From the NCBI GenBank assembly GCA_902594335.1, contig CACJLY010000006.1, positions 35,183 through 99,182 of the forward strand: a stretch of 64,000 nucleotides of DNA, written 5' to 3'. The stretch comes from an uncultured Pelagibacteraceae bacterium (GTDB lineage Bacteria; Pseudomonadota; Alphaproteobacteria; Pelagibacterales; Pelagibacteraceae). Below the pieces are notes generated by a model. The model did no database searches, had not been told where the DNA came from, and saw only the letters and a program-made list of their open reading frames with translations. This document shows positions 1 to 10,028 of this stretch, in pieces; position 1 is the stretch's first letter, and the number at the start of each line of letters is the position of its first letter. A program made the translations under genes and the position numbers.

Positions 1-76
1 AAATAATCTAAAAATTTAGGCATTCTCAACAATTATCAGTTATTGTAATAAATAATAATTAGTAAATAATAAAGAT

Positions 77-412
77 ATGAAACCATTTGCAGGATATTTA
101 ATTTTAGCCTTAGGAATTACTACAGGCATAGCTGCAAACAGTTTTGCAAAGATTTCAGATGGTTTTACAAAACTGACACCAACTATTGCTTGTTTACTTT
201 TAATGAGCGTTACAATGTTTTCTCTGGCTAAAGCAATGTCAGTGATACCTGTAGCATTTAGTTATTCAACTTACAGCGGGCTAACAGTTGCGGGTGTAGT
301 TTTGTTTGGGATATTAAAATATAATCAAGTTCCTAATATTTATGGATTAATTGGTATTTGCTTAATTGTAACTGGGGTTATAATGGTGAATTATCTAGGA
401 CGAGCAGGTTAA
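77..412 (+). CDS. SMR/DMT family small multidrug-type transporter
   Basis: 111 aa, four hydrophobic segments, K-S/D-GF and AMSVIPVAFSYSTYSG resemble SMR motifs; TM1 lacks the usual Glu. Confidence 0.8.
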   Translation: MKPFAGYLILALGITTGIAANSFAKISDGFTKLTPTIACLLLMSVTMFSLAKAMSVIPVAFSYSTYSGLTVAGVVLFGILKYNQVPNIYGLIGICLIVTGVIMVNYLGRAG

Positions 413-421
413 TAATTTAAT

Positions 422-1426
422 CTATTTCAATAGAATTCGAATATCCTCCATTATATTATCTGGAATTTTAATTTCAGATTTATAATTCTTTTTATATCTT
501 CTTAATTTGTTTTCTCCTGGATATAATATTTCTTTAAGTCCTTTTAATTTAGGAAGTTTTTTAATTCTTTTTATGTTTTCTTGTATTCTTTTTTTGTAAT
601 TAGATTGAAATAAGTTTGCTCTCATCACAATAAATAAATGACCAATATTTTGTGGGCCAGAAAAATCATCAAACGGATCTTTAACTTTCCCACCGTGATT
701 GCCTCCTGTGTAAACACCACTTAATATATCGACCATCCACGCAAGTCCTGACCCTCTAAATCCTGCTATAGGAAGTTGAACACCCTCAAGTGCTTTTTTA
801 GCATCTGTTGTTGGATTACCAAATTTATCCAAAGCAACACCTTCAGGTATTTTTGAATTAGATCTTGATGCAACTCTTATTTTGCCTCTATTAATCATTG
901 AGACAGATGTATCCAATATAAATGGAACTTTAGAACCAGTTGGCGATCCAAAACAAATTGGGTTTGTACCAAATAAAGATTTTATAGCACCATGTGGGGC
1001 TATAGCAGGAGGTGCATTAGTAAATACTAAGGCGATCATATTTTTTTTTACAGCTTGCTCAGCGTAGTATCCCGACATTCCGTAATGGCCACTGTTTTTA
1101 ACTGCCACAAGTCCTATTCCTGTTTTTTTAGCATTTTTTATGGCTTTTTTAATAGCTGTATCTGCTGCGACAAATCCAATACCATCATCTGCATTTATGT
1201 GTGCCACAGATTGAGAAACTTTTTTTATTTTTATTTTAGGTTTAGGGTTAATTAATTTATGATTTATACGGTCACAATACATTTTTAGCCTTGATAATCC
1301 ATGCGTAGGGGCACCAACTAATTCAGCATTGATTATTGCATCAGCACATATTTTTGAGTGATTTATCGAGAGTTTATGTTTTCTGAATATTTCAACTATG
1401 ATTTTTTTAAGTTTATTTTTTTCCAT
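422..1426 (-). CDS. Ldh-2 family (type 2 malate/L-lactate/sulfolactate/ureidoglycolate) dehydrogenase
   Basis: THGLSRL, NSGHYG, FGTNPI and GFRGSGLA motifs typical of the Ldh_2 family. Confidence 0.85.
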   Translation of the reverse strand: MEKNKLKKIIVEIFRKHKLSINHSKICADAIINAELVGAPTHGLSRLKMYCDRINHKLINPKPKIKIKKVSQSVAHINADDGIGFVAADTAIKKAIKNAKKTGIGLVAVKNSGHYGMSGYYAEQAVKKNMIALVFTNAPPAIAPHGAIKSLFGTNPICFGSPTGSKVPFILDTSVSMINRGKIRVASRSNSKIPEGVALDKFGNPTTDAKKALEGVQLPIAGFRGSGLAWMVDILSGVYTGGNHGGKVKDPFDDFSGPQNIGHLFIVMRANLFQSNYKKRIQENIKRIKKLPKLKGLKEILYPGENKLRRYKKNYKSEIKIPDNIMEDIRILLK

Positions 1427-2577
1427 TAAATATTTTTTAAATCCTTATTAAAAAATGAAAGTATATCACTCACTAGATTATCTGGTTCTTCCAAAGCTGC
1501 GAAATGACCACCGTTTGGAAATTTCCTCCACCTTTTTATATTAAAAATTCTATTTACGTACGATTTAGGAGGCCATTCTAGCATTTCTTTTGGAAAAATT
1601 GCTATTGCAGTAGGAACTTTTATTTTTTTAAAATTTTTTGGAAAAGATCTTCCACCTTCTTTTCTTCTTCCAAAATATATCCAACTAGCAGTATTAAAAC
1701 TTTTAGTTATTATATAAATCATTATATTTGATAATAGTTCATCTTTTGAAAATGTTTTTTCAATCTTACCTATTTTTAAATCTGACCAACCATGAAATTT
1801 TTCCAAAATCCATGCTGCTGTTCCTACAGGACTATCTATCATTGCATAAGATAAGGTTTGAGGTTTAGTAGCTTGTTGAGTTCTATATCCTTCCTGCATA
1901 ATTTGATCAAAATTAAATTTTTTTTCCCATTTTTTCTCTTTTATATTTTTTGTTCCTTCTGGATGTCTAAGGGGTAAGCAATTAATATGTATTCCTTTAC
2001 AATTCTTTGAGCTATCAAGACCAATCCATCCGGCAATTGTTGCTCCCCAATCGCCACCTTGTACGAAATAATTTTTATAGCCTAAGTTTTTAACCATAAA
2101 TTTATTTAATATTTTTCCTATTTTTCTTGGACCTAAAGCTTTTTTGATTTGCGACGAAAATCCAAATCCTGGTAAAGATGGAACAATTATATCAAATCCG
2201 TCTTCAATTTTTCCTCCAAATTTTTCTGGGTGAGCAAGTCTTGGAATGATATCTAAAAATTCAGTTATGCTTCCTGGCCATCCATGTAAAAGTAATAATG
2301 GTTTAGAATTAGGATTTTTACTTTTCTCAAAAATAAAATGTAAGTTTATATCTTCAACTTTTGTTTTATAATTTTTAAATGAATTGATTTTGTTTTCAAA
2401 TTTTTTCCAATTATACTTTGTAATCCAGTATTTAGATATGTTCTTAAGATAGTTCAAATTGGTTCCATACTCCCAACCATTCATATTTTGAGCAGCACTC
2501 CAAGGAAAGTTTCTTACTTTTTTATAAATTTCGTTAAGCGTGCTTTTAGGCACACTTATTTTATATTTTTTGATCAT
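1426..2577 (-). CDS. Epoxide hydrolase (microsomal-type alpha/beta hydrolase)
   Basis: HGWPGS oxyanion motif, SLPGFGFS, QGGDWG nucleophile, GGHFAALEEP catalytic His. Confidence 0.9.
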   Translation of the reverse strand: MIKKYKISVPKSTLNEIYKKVRNFPWSAAQNMNGWEYGTNLNYLKNISKYWITKYNWKKFENKINSFKNYKTKVEDINLHFIFEKSKNPNSKPLLLLHGWPGSITEFLDIIPRLAHPEKFGGKIEDGFDIIVPSLPGFGFSSQIKKALGPRKIGKILNKFMVKNLGYKNYFVQGGDWGATIAGWIGLDSSKNCKGIHINCLPLRHPEGTKNIKEKKWEKKFNFDQIMQEGYRTQQATKPQTLSYAMIDSPVGTAAWILEKFHGWSDLKIGKIEKTFSKDELLSNIMIYIITKSFNTASWIYFGRRKEGGRSFPKNFKKIKVPTAIAIFPKEMLEWPPKSYVNRIFNIKRWRKFPNGGHFAALEEPDNLVSDILSFFNKDLKNI

Positions 2578-2580
2578 TAA

Positions 2581-4068
2581 CTAATTATGACTTATCCAAA
2601 TTGTTTTTGTTTGAAGAAATGAATTTAGAGCCTCAGTTCCTTGGTCTCTACTTAGTGATCCTGATTGCTTATAACCTCCAAATGGAGTTTTGATATCTCC
2701 TTCAGAAAAAGTGTTTACTGATACTGTCCCGCAAGGCAAACTTTTTGCTAAATGAAATGCTCTATTAATGTCTTGAGTAAAAACACTAGCGTGTAATCCA
2801 TACTTCGAATTACTAGCAATTTTCAAAGCCTCCTCATCGTTTTTAACTGTTAAAACACCAAGCACTGGTCCAAAAATTTCCTCTTGAGCGATGGTCATAT
2901 CTTCTTTTAATCCATCAAATAGTGTTGGTTTTGCATAAAAACCTTTTTGCTTTTTACTTGAAACTCCTCCAGATAAAAGTTTTGCTCCTTCATCTATACC
3001 TTTTTGGATATATCCATCAACCGTTTGCAAGTGTCCTTTTGAAATCATAGATCCCATATTTGATTTTAAATCTAATGGATCTCCTACTTTTAGTTTTTTA
3101 ACTTTTTTAATAACTTTGTCTAAAAATTCATCTTTAACTTTTTTATGAACTATCTGCCTCATATTTGCAGAACAGTTTTGTCCACCGTTCCAAAATGCAG
3201 AATTCATGGCGTTATCAATTAAATCGTCTGTAATTTTAGCATCCTCTAATACTATGAACGGACTTTTTCCTCCCATCTCTAATGCAACAGGTTTTAAATT
3301 ACTTTCACTTGAGTATTTTAAAAAATAACCACCAACTTCAGTTGAACCTGTAAATGAAACTGCATCAACATCTTTGTGTCGACCTAAAGCTTCGCCAACA
3401 TCACCATAACCAGGGAGCACATTCAAAACCCCATCTGGTATTCCAGCTTCTTTTCCAATTTGAGCAACTCTAATTGCTGTAAGAGGCGTATCTTCTGCTG
3501 GTTTAATAATTACTGAACAACCAGCTGCAAGAGCTGGTGCCATTTTCCATACTGCCATCATTAAAGGAAAGTTCCAAGGAACAATTCCAGCAACAACTCC
3601 TATTGGTTCTTTAACAATTAAACTAGTTATAGATGGTTCTGTTGGACCAACTTTTCCGAAAACTTTATCAATTAATTCTCCATACCACTGAAAATGCATT
3701 GGTGCATCATTTGCAACTTCATTAATACAGTCGGCGATAAGTTTACCTGTATCTATGCATTCTAAAACTGAATTTTCATCACCATGTTTTCTAAGTAATT
3801 CAGCAAATTTTAATAAAACCTCTTTTCTATGTTCAGGTGAACTCTTTGACCAAACACCGCTATTAAAAGCTTTTCTTGAAACTTTTACTGCTAAATCAAC
3901 ATCTTTATGATTGCATTTTGCAACAGCACAAAGCTTTTGGCCAGTTGCTGGGTTGATTGTTTCAAATTTCTCACCGTCAATAGCATTCACATATTTACCA
4001 TTAATGAATGCTCTTCCTTCAAATTTTAGTTTATTTGATATTGCTTTATATTTGTTTCCTGAGCTCAT
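2581..4068 (-). CDS. NAD-dependent aldehyde dehydrogenase (PuuC/AldH-like)
   Basis: PWNFP, FTGSTEVG, LEMGGKSP, catalytic Cys in GQNCSA, EEIFGPV. Confidence 0.92.
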   Translation of the reverse strand: MSSGNKYKAISNKLKFEGRAFINGKYVNAIDGEKFETINPATGQKLCAVAKCNHKDVDLAVKVSRKAFNSGVWSKSSPEHRKEVLLKFAELLRKHGDENSVLECIDTGKLIADCINEVANDAPMHFQWYGELIDKVFGKVGPTEPSITSLIVKEPIGVVAGIVPWNFPLMMAVWKMAPALAAGCSVIIKPAEDTPLTAIRVAQIGKEAGIPDGVLNVLPGYGDVGEALGRHKDVDAVSFTGSTEVGGYFLKYSSESNLKPVALEMGGKSPFIVLEDAKITDDLIDNAMNSAFWNGGQNCSANMRQIVHKKVKDEFLDKVIKKVKKLKVGDPLDLKSNMGSMISKGHLQTVDGYIQKGIDEGAKLLSGGVSSKKQKGFYAKPTLFDGLKEDMTIAQEEIFGPVLGVLTVKNDEEALKIASNSKYGLHASVFTQDINRAFHLAKSLPCGTVSVNTFSEGDIKTPFGGYKQSGSLSRDQGTEALNSFLQTKTIWISHN

Positions 4069-4275
4069 AAATTTCTTTCTATAAATTTTGTTTTATTTAA
4101 TTTCTAAAATTTAAATCTAAGGCACCTTTAGACTAAAATAAATAGATTAACTAATAATTATTATTACAACTTTTGATTGCAAACCCATTTTGATAATAAA
4201 AATTTCTTTTTTGTTTTACTTCCTCTTCAAATTGAATTTAAATATTAATAATTTAATTAATTAAAAGGAAATTTT

Positions 4276-5316
4276 ATGTTTATTAAAAAAATTTGTAAGT
4301 CATTACTTACAGTGTTTGCAGTAGCTTTCTTTGCTCAAGCTGCCTATGCAGAGGTAACTCTAAAGCTTGGAACTACTGGTAGATTGGGAATGCCAATCGG
4401 AGATGCCATAGATCAAGCATTGATACCAGCTTTGGCAAAAGCTTCTGGTGGTAAAATGAAAATCGAACCACATTATCAAAAAAGCTTATGTGCAGAGCAA
4501 AAATGTGGAGAACAAGCCAATCAAGGGCTTATAGCTCTATGGACTAGTTCTACAGCAAACTACGGTAATTTTGGACCAGAGTTAGCAATTTTTGATTTGC
4601 CTTTCATTTTCAAATCACTGGAAGATGCAAAAAGAATTTCAGATGAGTGGTTAGCTGAAAGACAGTGTAAACTCGCACTTGAAAATGCTGGTCACATTTG
4701 CCTTTCTGTATATTCAAGTGGTGGATTTAGACAACTTGGAAATGCAACTAAACCAGTTCATGTTCCAGATGATATGAAGGGACTAAAATGGCGTACTACT
4801 AAAAGTCCAGTTGAGTTCATGCTAGTTAAAAATTGGGGTGCAACTCCAACTCCTTATGACTGGAGTCAACTATATTCAGGCCTACAGTCAGGTGTAGTTG
4901 AAGGTCAGTATGTAGCATCACCTTGGCAGCATGTAGCTAAACTTCATGAAGTTGCGAAGTATTTCACCGAGATCGGAGGAATGTGGTCAGGAAACATTTT
5001 AGCGATGGATGCAAAACAGTATAATGCATTGTCTGCTCAAGAAAAAAAATGGCTACATACAGCAGCTGATGCTTATGGAGAAAAAGTAAATGAGCTTGAT
5101 AACGCTTGGATTAAGAATGGTGAAGATGCAATTAAAGCATCTGCTAAAGAGTGGTATGTACCATCTGAAGCAGAAATGTCTAAGTGGAGAGCAGGCGCAA
5201 TCGGTGCTTGGTTAGATGCCAAGGGTACTTTTGAACCAGCAGTAGCAAAAAGAGTGCTTATGGAACAAGGTATGGATGGATTTGTAGCTCAGTTAGAGGC
5301 AGCTGGAGCTCTGTAA
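4276..5316 (+). CDS. dctP: TRAP transporter substrate-binding protein
   Basis: Signal peptide, FDLPF, DMKGLKWR with conserved Arg, LQSGVVEG; followed by TRAP membrane subunits. Confidence 0.9.
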   Translation: MFIKKICKSLLTVFAVAFFAQAAYAEVTLKLGTTGRLGMPIGDAIDQALIPALAKASGGKMKIEPHYQKSLCAEQKCGEQANQGLIALWTSSTANYGNFGPELAIFDLPFIFKSLEDAKRISDEWLAERQCKLALENAGHICLSVYSSGGFRQLGNATKPVHVPDDMKGLKWRTTKSPVEFMLVKNWGATPTPYDWSQLYSGLQSGVVEGQYVASPWQHVAKLHEVAKYFTEIGGMWSGNILAMDAKQYNALSAQEKKWLHTAADAYGEKVNELDNAWIKNGEDAIKASAKEWYVPSEAEMSKWRAGAIGAWLDAKGTFEPAVAKRVLMEQGMDGFVAQLEAAGAL

Positions 5317-5334
5317 ATCGCTCAAAAAATCAGT

Positions 5335-5378
5335 GTAAAGATCATTTAGCTCAATTAATAGAGTTAGATGATCTTTAC
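5335..5378 (+). other. 18-bp intercistronic RNA hairpin after dctP (mRNA stabiliser or partial terminator)
   Basis: gtaaagatcatttagctc / aattaata / gagttagatgatctttac; both non-Watson-Crick positions are G-U pairs on the + strand. Confidence 0.75.
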
Positions 5379-5407
5379 CTAAAACAAATCATAACTTATA
5401 AATATTT

Positions 5408-6691
5408 ATGGAAAGTATTATTTTACTCGTAGTACTCCTTTTTTTAATTTTATTAGGAGCTCCGATTGGTTTTATATTAATACTTATACCATTTGTTTAT
5501 ATTCTACTAACAGATGCCGTTCCTCTTGTATTAATACCTAGTCAAATGTTTACAGCAATTGACTCAGTTCCATTGACCGCGATTGCATTCTTTATGTTGA
5601 CAGGTGAGTTAATGACAAGTGCTACAATAACAGATCGGTTAGTAGCTTTGAGCAGAGCATTAATTGGACGAATACGAGGAGGGTTAGCTCAAGTAAATGT
5701 GCTTGTGAGTATGTTTTTTGCGGGGATGAATGGTTCAGTAGTAGCAGATACAGCTACTGTGGGAGCATTGGTTTTACCAGCTATGAAAAAAGCTGGATAT
5801 CCTGCAGCGTTTTCTGCTGCAGTTACAGGTGTAAGTTCTACTATCGGAGGGATTATTCCTCCTAGTATTATGATGATTGTACTTGCTAACTCGACTGAGA
5901 TTTCAATTGCAGCATTATTTGCAGCTGGGATTATTCCAGGCATATTGATAGGCGTTGTGATCATGATAATTAATCATTATTTCGCAATCAAATATAACTT
6001 CGAGCGAAGTGATGAACCATTTTCGATACGTCGGGCTGGTAAGGAATTATATCGATCATCTTTTGCCCTTTTAATACCCTTAGTTTTAGTAGGATCAGTA
6101 ATGGGTGGCGTGGCTTCAGTTGTTGAGGCAGGCGCTATTACAGCAATGGTTGCGTTATTAACAGGTGTATTTGTTTACCGAACAATTAAATGGAAAGAGT
6201 GTACTGGTGCTTTTCGTAGGGCATTCCGTAACTCAGCAATGGTTTTTATTATCATAGCTGCGTCCGGACCTTTTAGTTGGTTGCTTACTTCTTTAGGTGC
6301 AATTGGTGATCTGGAGAGATGGCTTTTAAGTCTCACTGAATCTCCCATTATTTTTATTTTAGCAGTGATACTATTTATTTTTCTTCTTGGAACGGTAATG
6401 GACTCTGCGGTAAATATTATTATAGTTGGCCCAGTTCTAGTCAATGTTATGGCTCAAGCTGGCTTTCCAGAGGTACAAGCAGCTATAGTTGTAATAGTTG
6501 GTTTCTTAATAGGGTCGGTAACACCACCTGTCGGTGTCGCTTACTTTACTGCTGCAACAATAGCGCAAGTACGTTTAGAAAAAGTAGCTATTGCATTAAT
6601 TCCCTATCTGATTGGTCTGTTTGTACTTTTATTTTTAATCCTCGTTATTCCAGGGTTGACTATGTTTCTTCCAAACTTAATGAGTAATTAG
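5408..6691 (+). CDS. dctM: TRAP transporter large permease
   Basis: GGLAQVNV, IIPPSI, TPPVG motifs; highly hydrophobic 427 aa. Confidence 0.93.
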   Translation: MESIILLVVLLFLILLGAPIGFILILIPFVYILLTDAVPLVLIPSQMFTAIDSVPLTAIAFFMLTGELMTSATITDRLVALSRALIGRIRGGLAQVNVLVSMFFAGMNGSVVADTATVGALVLPAMKKAGYPAAFSAAVTGVSSTIGGIIPPSIMMIVLANSTEISIAALFAAGIIPGILIGVVIMIINHYFAIKYNFERSDEPFSIRRAGKELYRSSFALLIPLVLVGSVMGGVASVVEAGAITAMVALLTGVFVYRTIKWKECTGAFRRAFRNSAMVFIIIAASGPFSWLLTSLGAIGDLERWLLSLTESPIIFILAVILFIFLLGTVMDSAVNIIIVGPVLVNVMAQAGFPEVQAAIVVIVGFLIGSVTPPVGVAYFTAATIAQVRLEKVAIALIPYLIGLFVLLFLILVIPGLTMFLPNLMSN

Positions 6692-6695
6692 AGGT

Positions 6696-7205
6696 ATGTT
6701 AAAATTTTTTAATAACATTGACCGTTTTATACATCGCATGTTGGAAGCTATGTGTTCAATCTTTTTGGCTTCGATGGTTGGTTTCACTCTCTATAACGTA
6801 ATCATGCGATATGTTTTTAATAATCCACCTGTTTGGGGAGATTTGTTAACAGTATTAAGTAATATTTGGCTAATGTTTATAGCACTTGCTTTGACAGCTA
6901 GAGATAATGAACACATAGCTTTAAATTTAATATATGAAAAATTACCCGGTAAACTTTCGTTATATATACGACAGTTCTGGAAAATTATGATTATGGTAAT
7001 TGGTATTGTCTTGATAATTTATGGAGTTGAACTTGTAGAAGGGATGCGTGGAAAGTATTGGGAAATGTGGTATTTTGAAATTAGCTTCCAAGGTATTGAG
7101 TTCAAAGAAAATTATATGCCAAAGAAATACGCAGTTGCTATCTTACCGTTAGCAGGATTTTTAACGACAATTGGTGCTGCAATTTCTCTTGTGAAAAAGA
7201 CTTAG
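6696..7205 (+). CDS. dctQ: TRAP transporter small permease
   Basis: VIMRYVFNNPPVW and HIALNLI motifs, about 4 TM segments. Confidence 0.88.
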   Translation: MLKFFNNIDRFIHRMLEAMCSIFLASMVGFTLYNVIMRYVFNNPPVWGDLLTVLSNIWLMFIALALTARDNEHIALNLIYEKLPGKLSLYIRQFWKIMIMVIGIVLIIYGVELVEGMRGKYWEMWYFEISFQGIEFKENYMPKKYAVAILPLAGFLTTIGAAISLVKKT

Positions 7206-7223
7206 TTCTTAAAATATTTCTAC

Positions 7224-9149
7224 TTAACCTTTACCTCTCCAAGGTATTGTTCTATCAATTATTTTTCTTAAAGTTATATCAAATAATAATCCTAACATTC
7301 CCATAATGAAAATTGTTATCCAAATTACTTCATATTGAAAATATTTTTTTGCAACATTTTCAACAAATCCAATACCTGTAGTACCAGCTAAAAATTCAGC
7401 AGCTACTAAAGTTCCCCAACACATTCCAACAGCGACTCTAATTCCAGTAAGAATTTCAGGTAAAGAATTTGGGAATATAACATGTCGAAGTATTTGTCTT
7501 TTAGAAGCACCTAGTGAGTGTGCAGCATGAATTTTAGAAAGTTGAGTCCCTGATGCTCCAGCTCTAGCAGATATAATCATAATTGATAAAGAAACCATAA
7601 ATAATAAAAATACTTTTCCAGTATTATCAATTCCAAGTACTGAAATTATAAGTGGAGCCCAAGCTAATGGAGGTACTGGTCTGTATAACTCAATTAAGGG
7701 ATCAAAAAATCCTTTAGCAAATCTGTTTAGACCCATAAATAAACCTAATGGAACCCCTATAATTATTCCAAAAACTAATCCTAAAAATACTCTTAAGAAC
7801 GAGTCCCAGATATGCCCATAAGGAACAGGTATCTTGAATAGTTTAAAATCACCCGTAACAACTTTTAAAACTTTACCTTTAAAGTTTTCTTTAACTATCC
7901 CTTCGCTTGTATGAACAGGGTATTCGCCTGGTAAAATATCAGCAATCCAATCTGGTAAAATAAATCCAACTATTGAACTAACATCAATCATTTCTACCCA
8001 GAGAAGAGGTATATTTTTATAACCAACACTTGGATTAGACATTAGGATAAATTTATTTAATGTGTCTGACGGTTTGGGTAACCATCTCCCAGAACCTTGT
8101 TCCGAGCAACTCGGACCACTCGCAACAATTGTTCCAGCTGGAAATAAAACAATATCAATTAATCTAAGACCAGCTTGTTCTTTCTCCTGAAGGTCATCAA
8201 ATTCAATAATCGCTTTTTGCATTTCATTTAGTGCATTTGGGGGATAAATGCTTGCAAATTCAATTCTTCTTGCAATTTTGACTATATTTTTGGCATAATC
8301 TGAGGCAACTTCCTCATTATCATCTAAACTTTTTCTATAAGCTTTAACCTCATCTTTCAGATCTTTTATTGAACTTTTGAACTGTGGATTATGATTTCTT
8401 AATTTAAAAAATTTATCATTAATTTTTTTCAGTTCCTCAGCAGCAGCTTGAAATTTTAAACCTTTTGATGTTTCTGCAACAAACGGAACTTCAATAGTAT
8501 TTTCTATAGTACCAGTTCCTGATCTAACTGTTGTTATGCCCCAGTTACCCTGTTCCGATATTGTTTTTAACCGTTCACTTTTTTCAACTTCCGTTTCAAA
8601 TGGATAATCTTCTTTTTTAAAATTTGAACTTAATTGTTTTATCTCATTTGTCATTTCACTTATTTTAATTTTGGTATCCATTTCAATTAAATCCTCATTA
8701 GTTAATAAAGGAATTAATTTTTTTGTTTTATTAATATATCCGACTAAAATTGTTTTTTGTTGATTACTAAGATCTTTAGAATTTTGTATTTCAGCTGTGA
8801 TTTTTTGAAGATTTTTATTTTCAATTTTTATGATCGATGTACTTTTAAATTCTCTTTCTTCTATTGGAAATTGATATTTCAAGCCTAATAAAGATTCGTT
8901 TATTTTTGCAACTTGGCATAATTCATTTGCTGACTTTGGATAAAAACCTTTTGCTATGTCCCAAGAATAATAAAGCCATACTAGTAGTATTGCAGCACTT
9001 CCAACAATAACCCAATGAGTTCCACCTTTAGCTCTTTCAGGATTTCCAAATACAGCATCAACTTTCTCAGTTTGTATTAATCTTCTGCCGTACATAATGC
9101 ATCCAATTATGGATACAAATATAAGTATGGTTATTATTTGAGTTAACAT
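7224..9149 (-). CDS. tauC: Taurine ABC transporter permease with long N-terminal extension
   Basis: C-terminal RPVPPLAWAPL and EAA-like loop (HAAHSLGAS), ends IPWRGKG; downstream of tauAB. Confidence 0.85.
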   Translation of the reverse strand: MLTQIITILIFVSIIGCIMYGRRLIQTEKVDAVFGNPERAKGGTHWVIVGSAAILLVWLYYSWDIAKGFYPKSANELCQVAKINESLLGLKYQFPIEEREFKSTSIIKIENKNLQKITAEIQNSKDLSNQQKTILVGYINKTKKLIPLLTNEDLIEMDTKIKISEMTNEIKQLSSNFKKEDYPFETEVEKSERLKTISEQGNWGITTVRSGTGTIENTIEVPFVAETSKGLKFQAAAEELKKINDKFFKLRNHNPQFKSSIKDLKDEVKAYRKSLDDNEEVASDYAKNIVKIARRIEFASIYPPNALNEMQKAIIEFDDLQEKEQAGLRLIDIVLFPAGTIVASGPSCSEQGSGRWLPKPSDTLNKFILMSNPSVGYKNIPLLWVEMIDVSSIVGFILPDWIADILPGEYPVHTSEGIVKENFKGKVLKVVTGDFKLFKIPVPYGHIWDSFLRVFLGLVFGIIIGVPLGLFMGLNRFAKGFFDPLIELYRPVPPLAWAPLIISVLGIDNTGKVFLLFMVSLSIMIISARAGASGTQLSKIHAAHSLGASKRQILRHVIFPNSLPEILTGIRVAVGMCWGTLVAAEFLAGTTGIGFVENVAKKYFQYEVIWITIFIMGMLGLLFDITLRKIIDRTIPWRGKG

Positions 9150-9947
9150 TTAGTTTTCTTTTCCCATAATTTCTTCTTCCATATTCCAAATCATGGATAA
9201 AATTTCTTCACGCTTAGATGAAAATTCTTTATTTTTTTTAATTTCTCTTAAATCTTCCTTTAAACCCATTTCTGCAAAAGGTAGATTGTATTCTTTATGT
9301 ATCCTTCCTGGTCTTGGCGCCATTACATATAGTCTTTCACCAAGCAATAACGCTTCCTCAACAGAGTGAGTAATTAAGATGATAGTTTTTCCTGTCTCTT
9401 TCCAAATTTTAAGAACCAAAGATTGCATCTTTTCTCTAGTTAACGCATCTAACGCACCTAATGGCTCATCCATTAATATTAAATCAGGATCATTTATTAG
9501 ACATCTGGCAAGAGCCACTCTTTGCTGCATTCCACCTGATAATTGATAGGTAGGAGTATTACCAAATCCTTTTAAGCCAACAATTTCTAGCCATTCATCC
9601 ACTCTTTTAGCAGTTTTTATTGGATCCTCTTTTTTCATCCTAAGTCCAAAATCAACATTTTCAGCAACTGTTAACCACTCAAATAAAGCTCCTTGTTGGA
9701 AAACCATTCCTCTTTCAACTCCTGGACCATTAATTTCATTGCCAGCCAAAACAATAGAGCCTGAGGTTGGTCTCAAAAACCCTGCAGCAATATTTAAAAG
9801 AGTAGTTTTTCCACATCCTGAAGGACCAAGAACAGTGAGAAGTTCTCCTTTTTTTAAAGTAAAATTTACATCCTTTAATGCGTGAACAGTTTCTCCTTTG
9901 GGAGTTTTAAAAATCATATTTAAATCTTTGGAAACTAAGTCACTCAT
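9150..9947 (-). CDS. tauB: Taurine ABC transporter ATP-binding protein
   Basis: GPSGCGKT, LSGGMQQR, DEPLGALDALTRE, ITHSVEEA. Confidence 0.88.
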   Translation of the reverse strand: MSDLVSKDLNMIFKTPKGETVHALKDVNFTLKKGELLTVLGPSGCGKTTLLNIAAGFLRPTSGSIVLAGNEINGPGVERGMVFQQGALFEWLTVAENVDFGLRMKKEDPIKTAKRVDEWLEIVGLKGFGNTPTYQLSGGMQQRVALARCLINDPDLILMDEPLGALDALTREKMQSLVLKIWKETGKTIILITHSVEEALLLGERLYVMAPRPGRIHKEYNLPFAEMGLKEDLREIKKNKEFSSKREEILSMIWNMEEEIMGKEN

Positions 9948-9972
9948 AGAAACTTTATATAAAACTTATATT

Positions 9973-10006
9973 AAAAAAAATAGGCGCTAAATAATTAGCG
10001 CCTATT
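9973..10006 (-). terminator. Intrinsic terminator between tauA and tauB
   Basis: aataggcgctaa/ataa/ttagcgcctatt 12-bp stem running into a T-tract on the - strand. Confidence 0.8.
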
Positions 10007-10028
10007 AAATTTGTTTTACTCTTTAATG

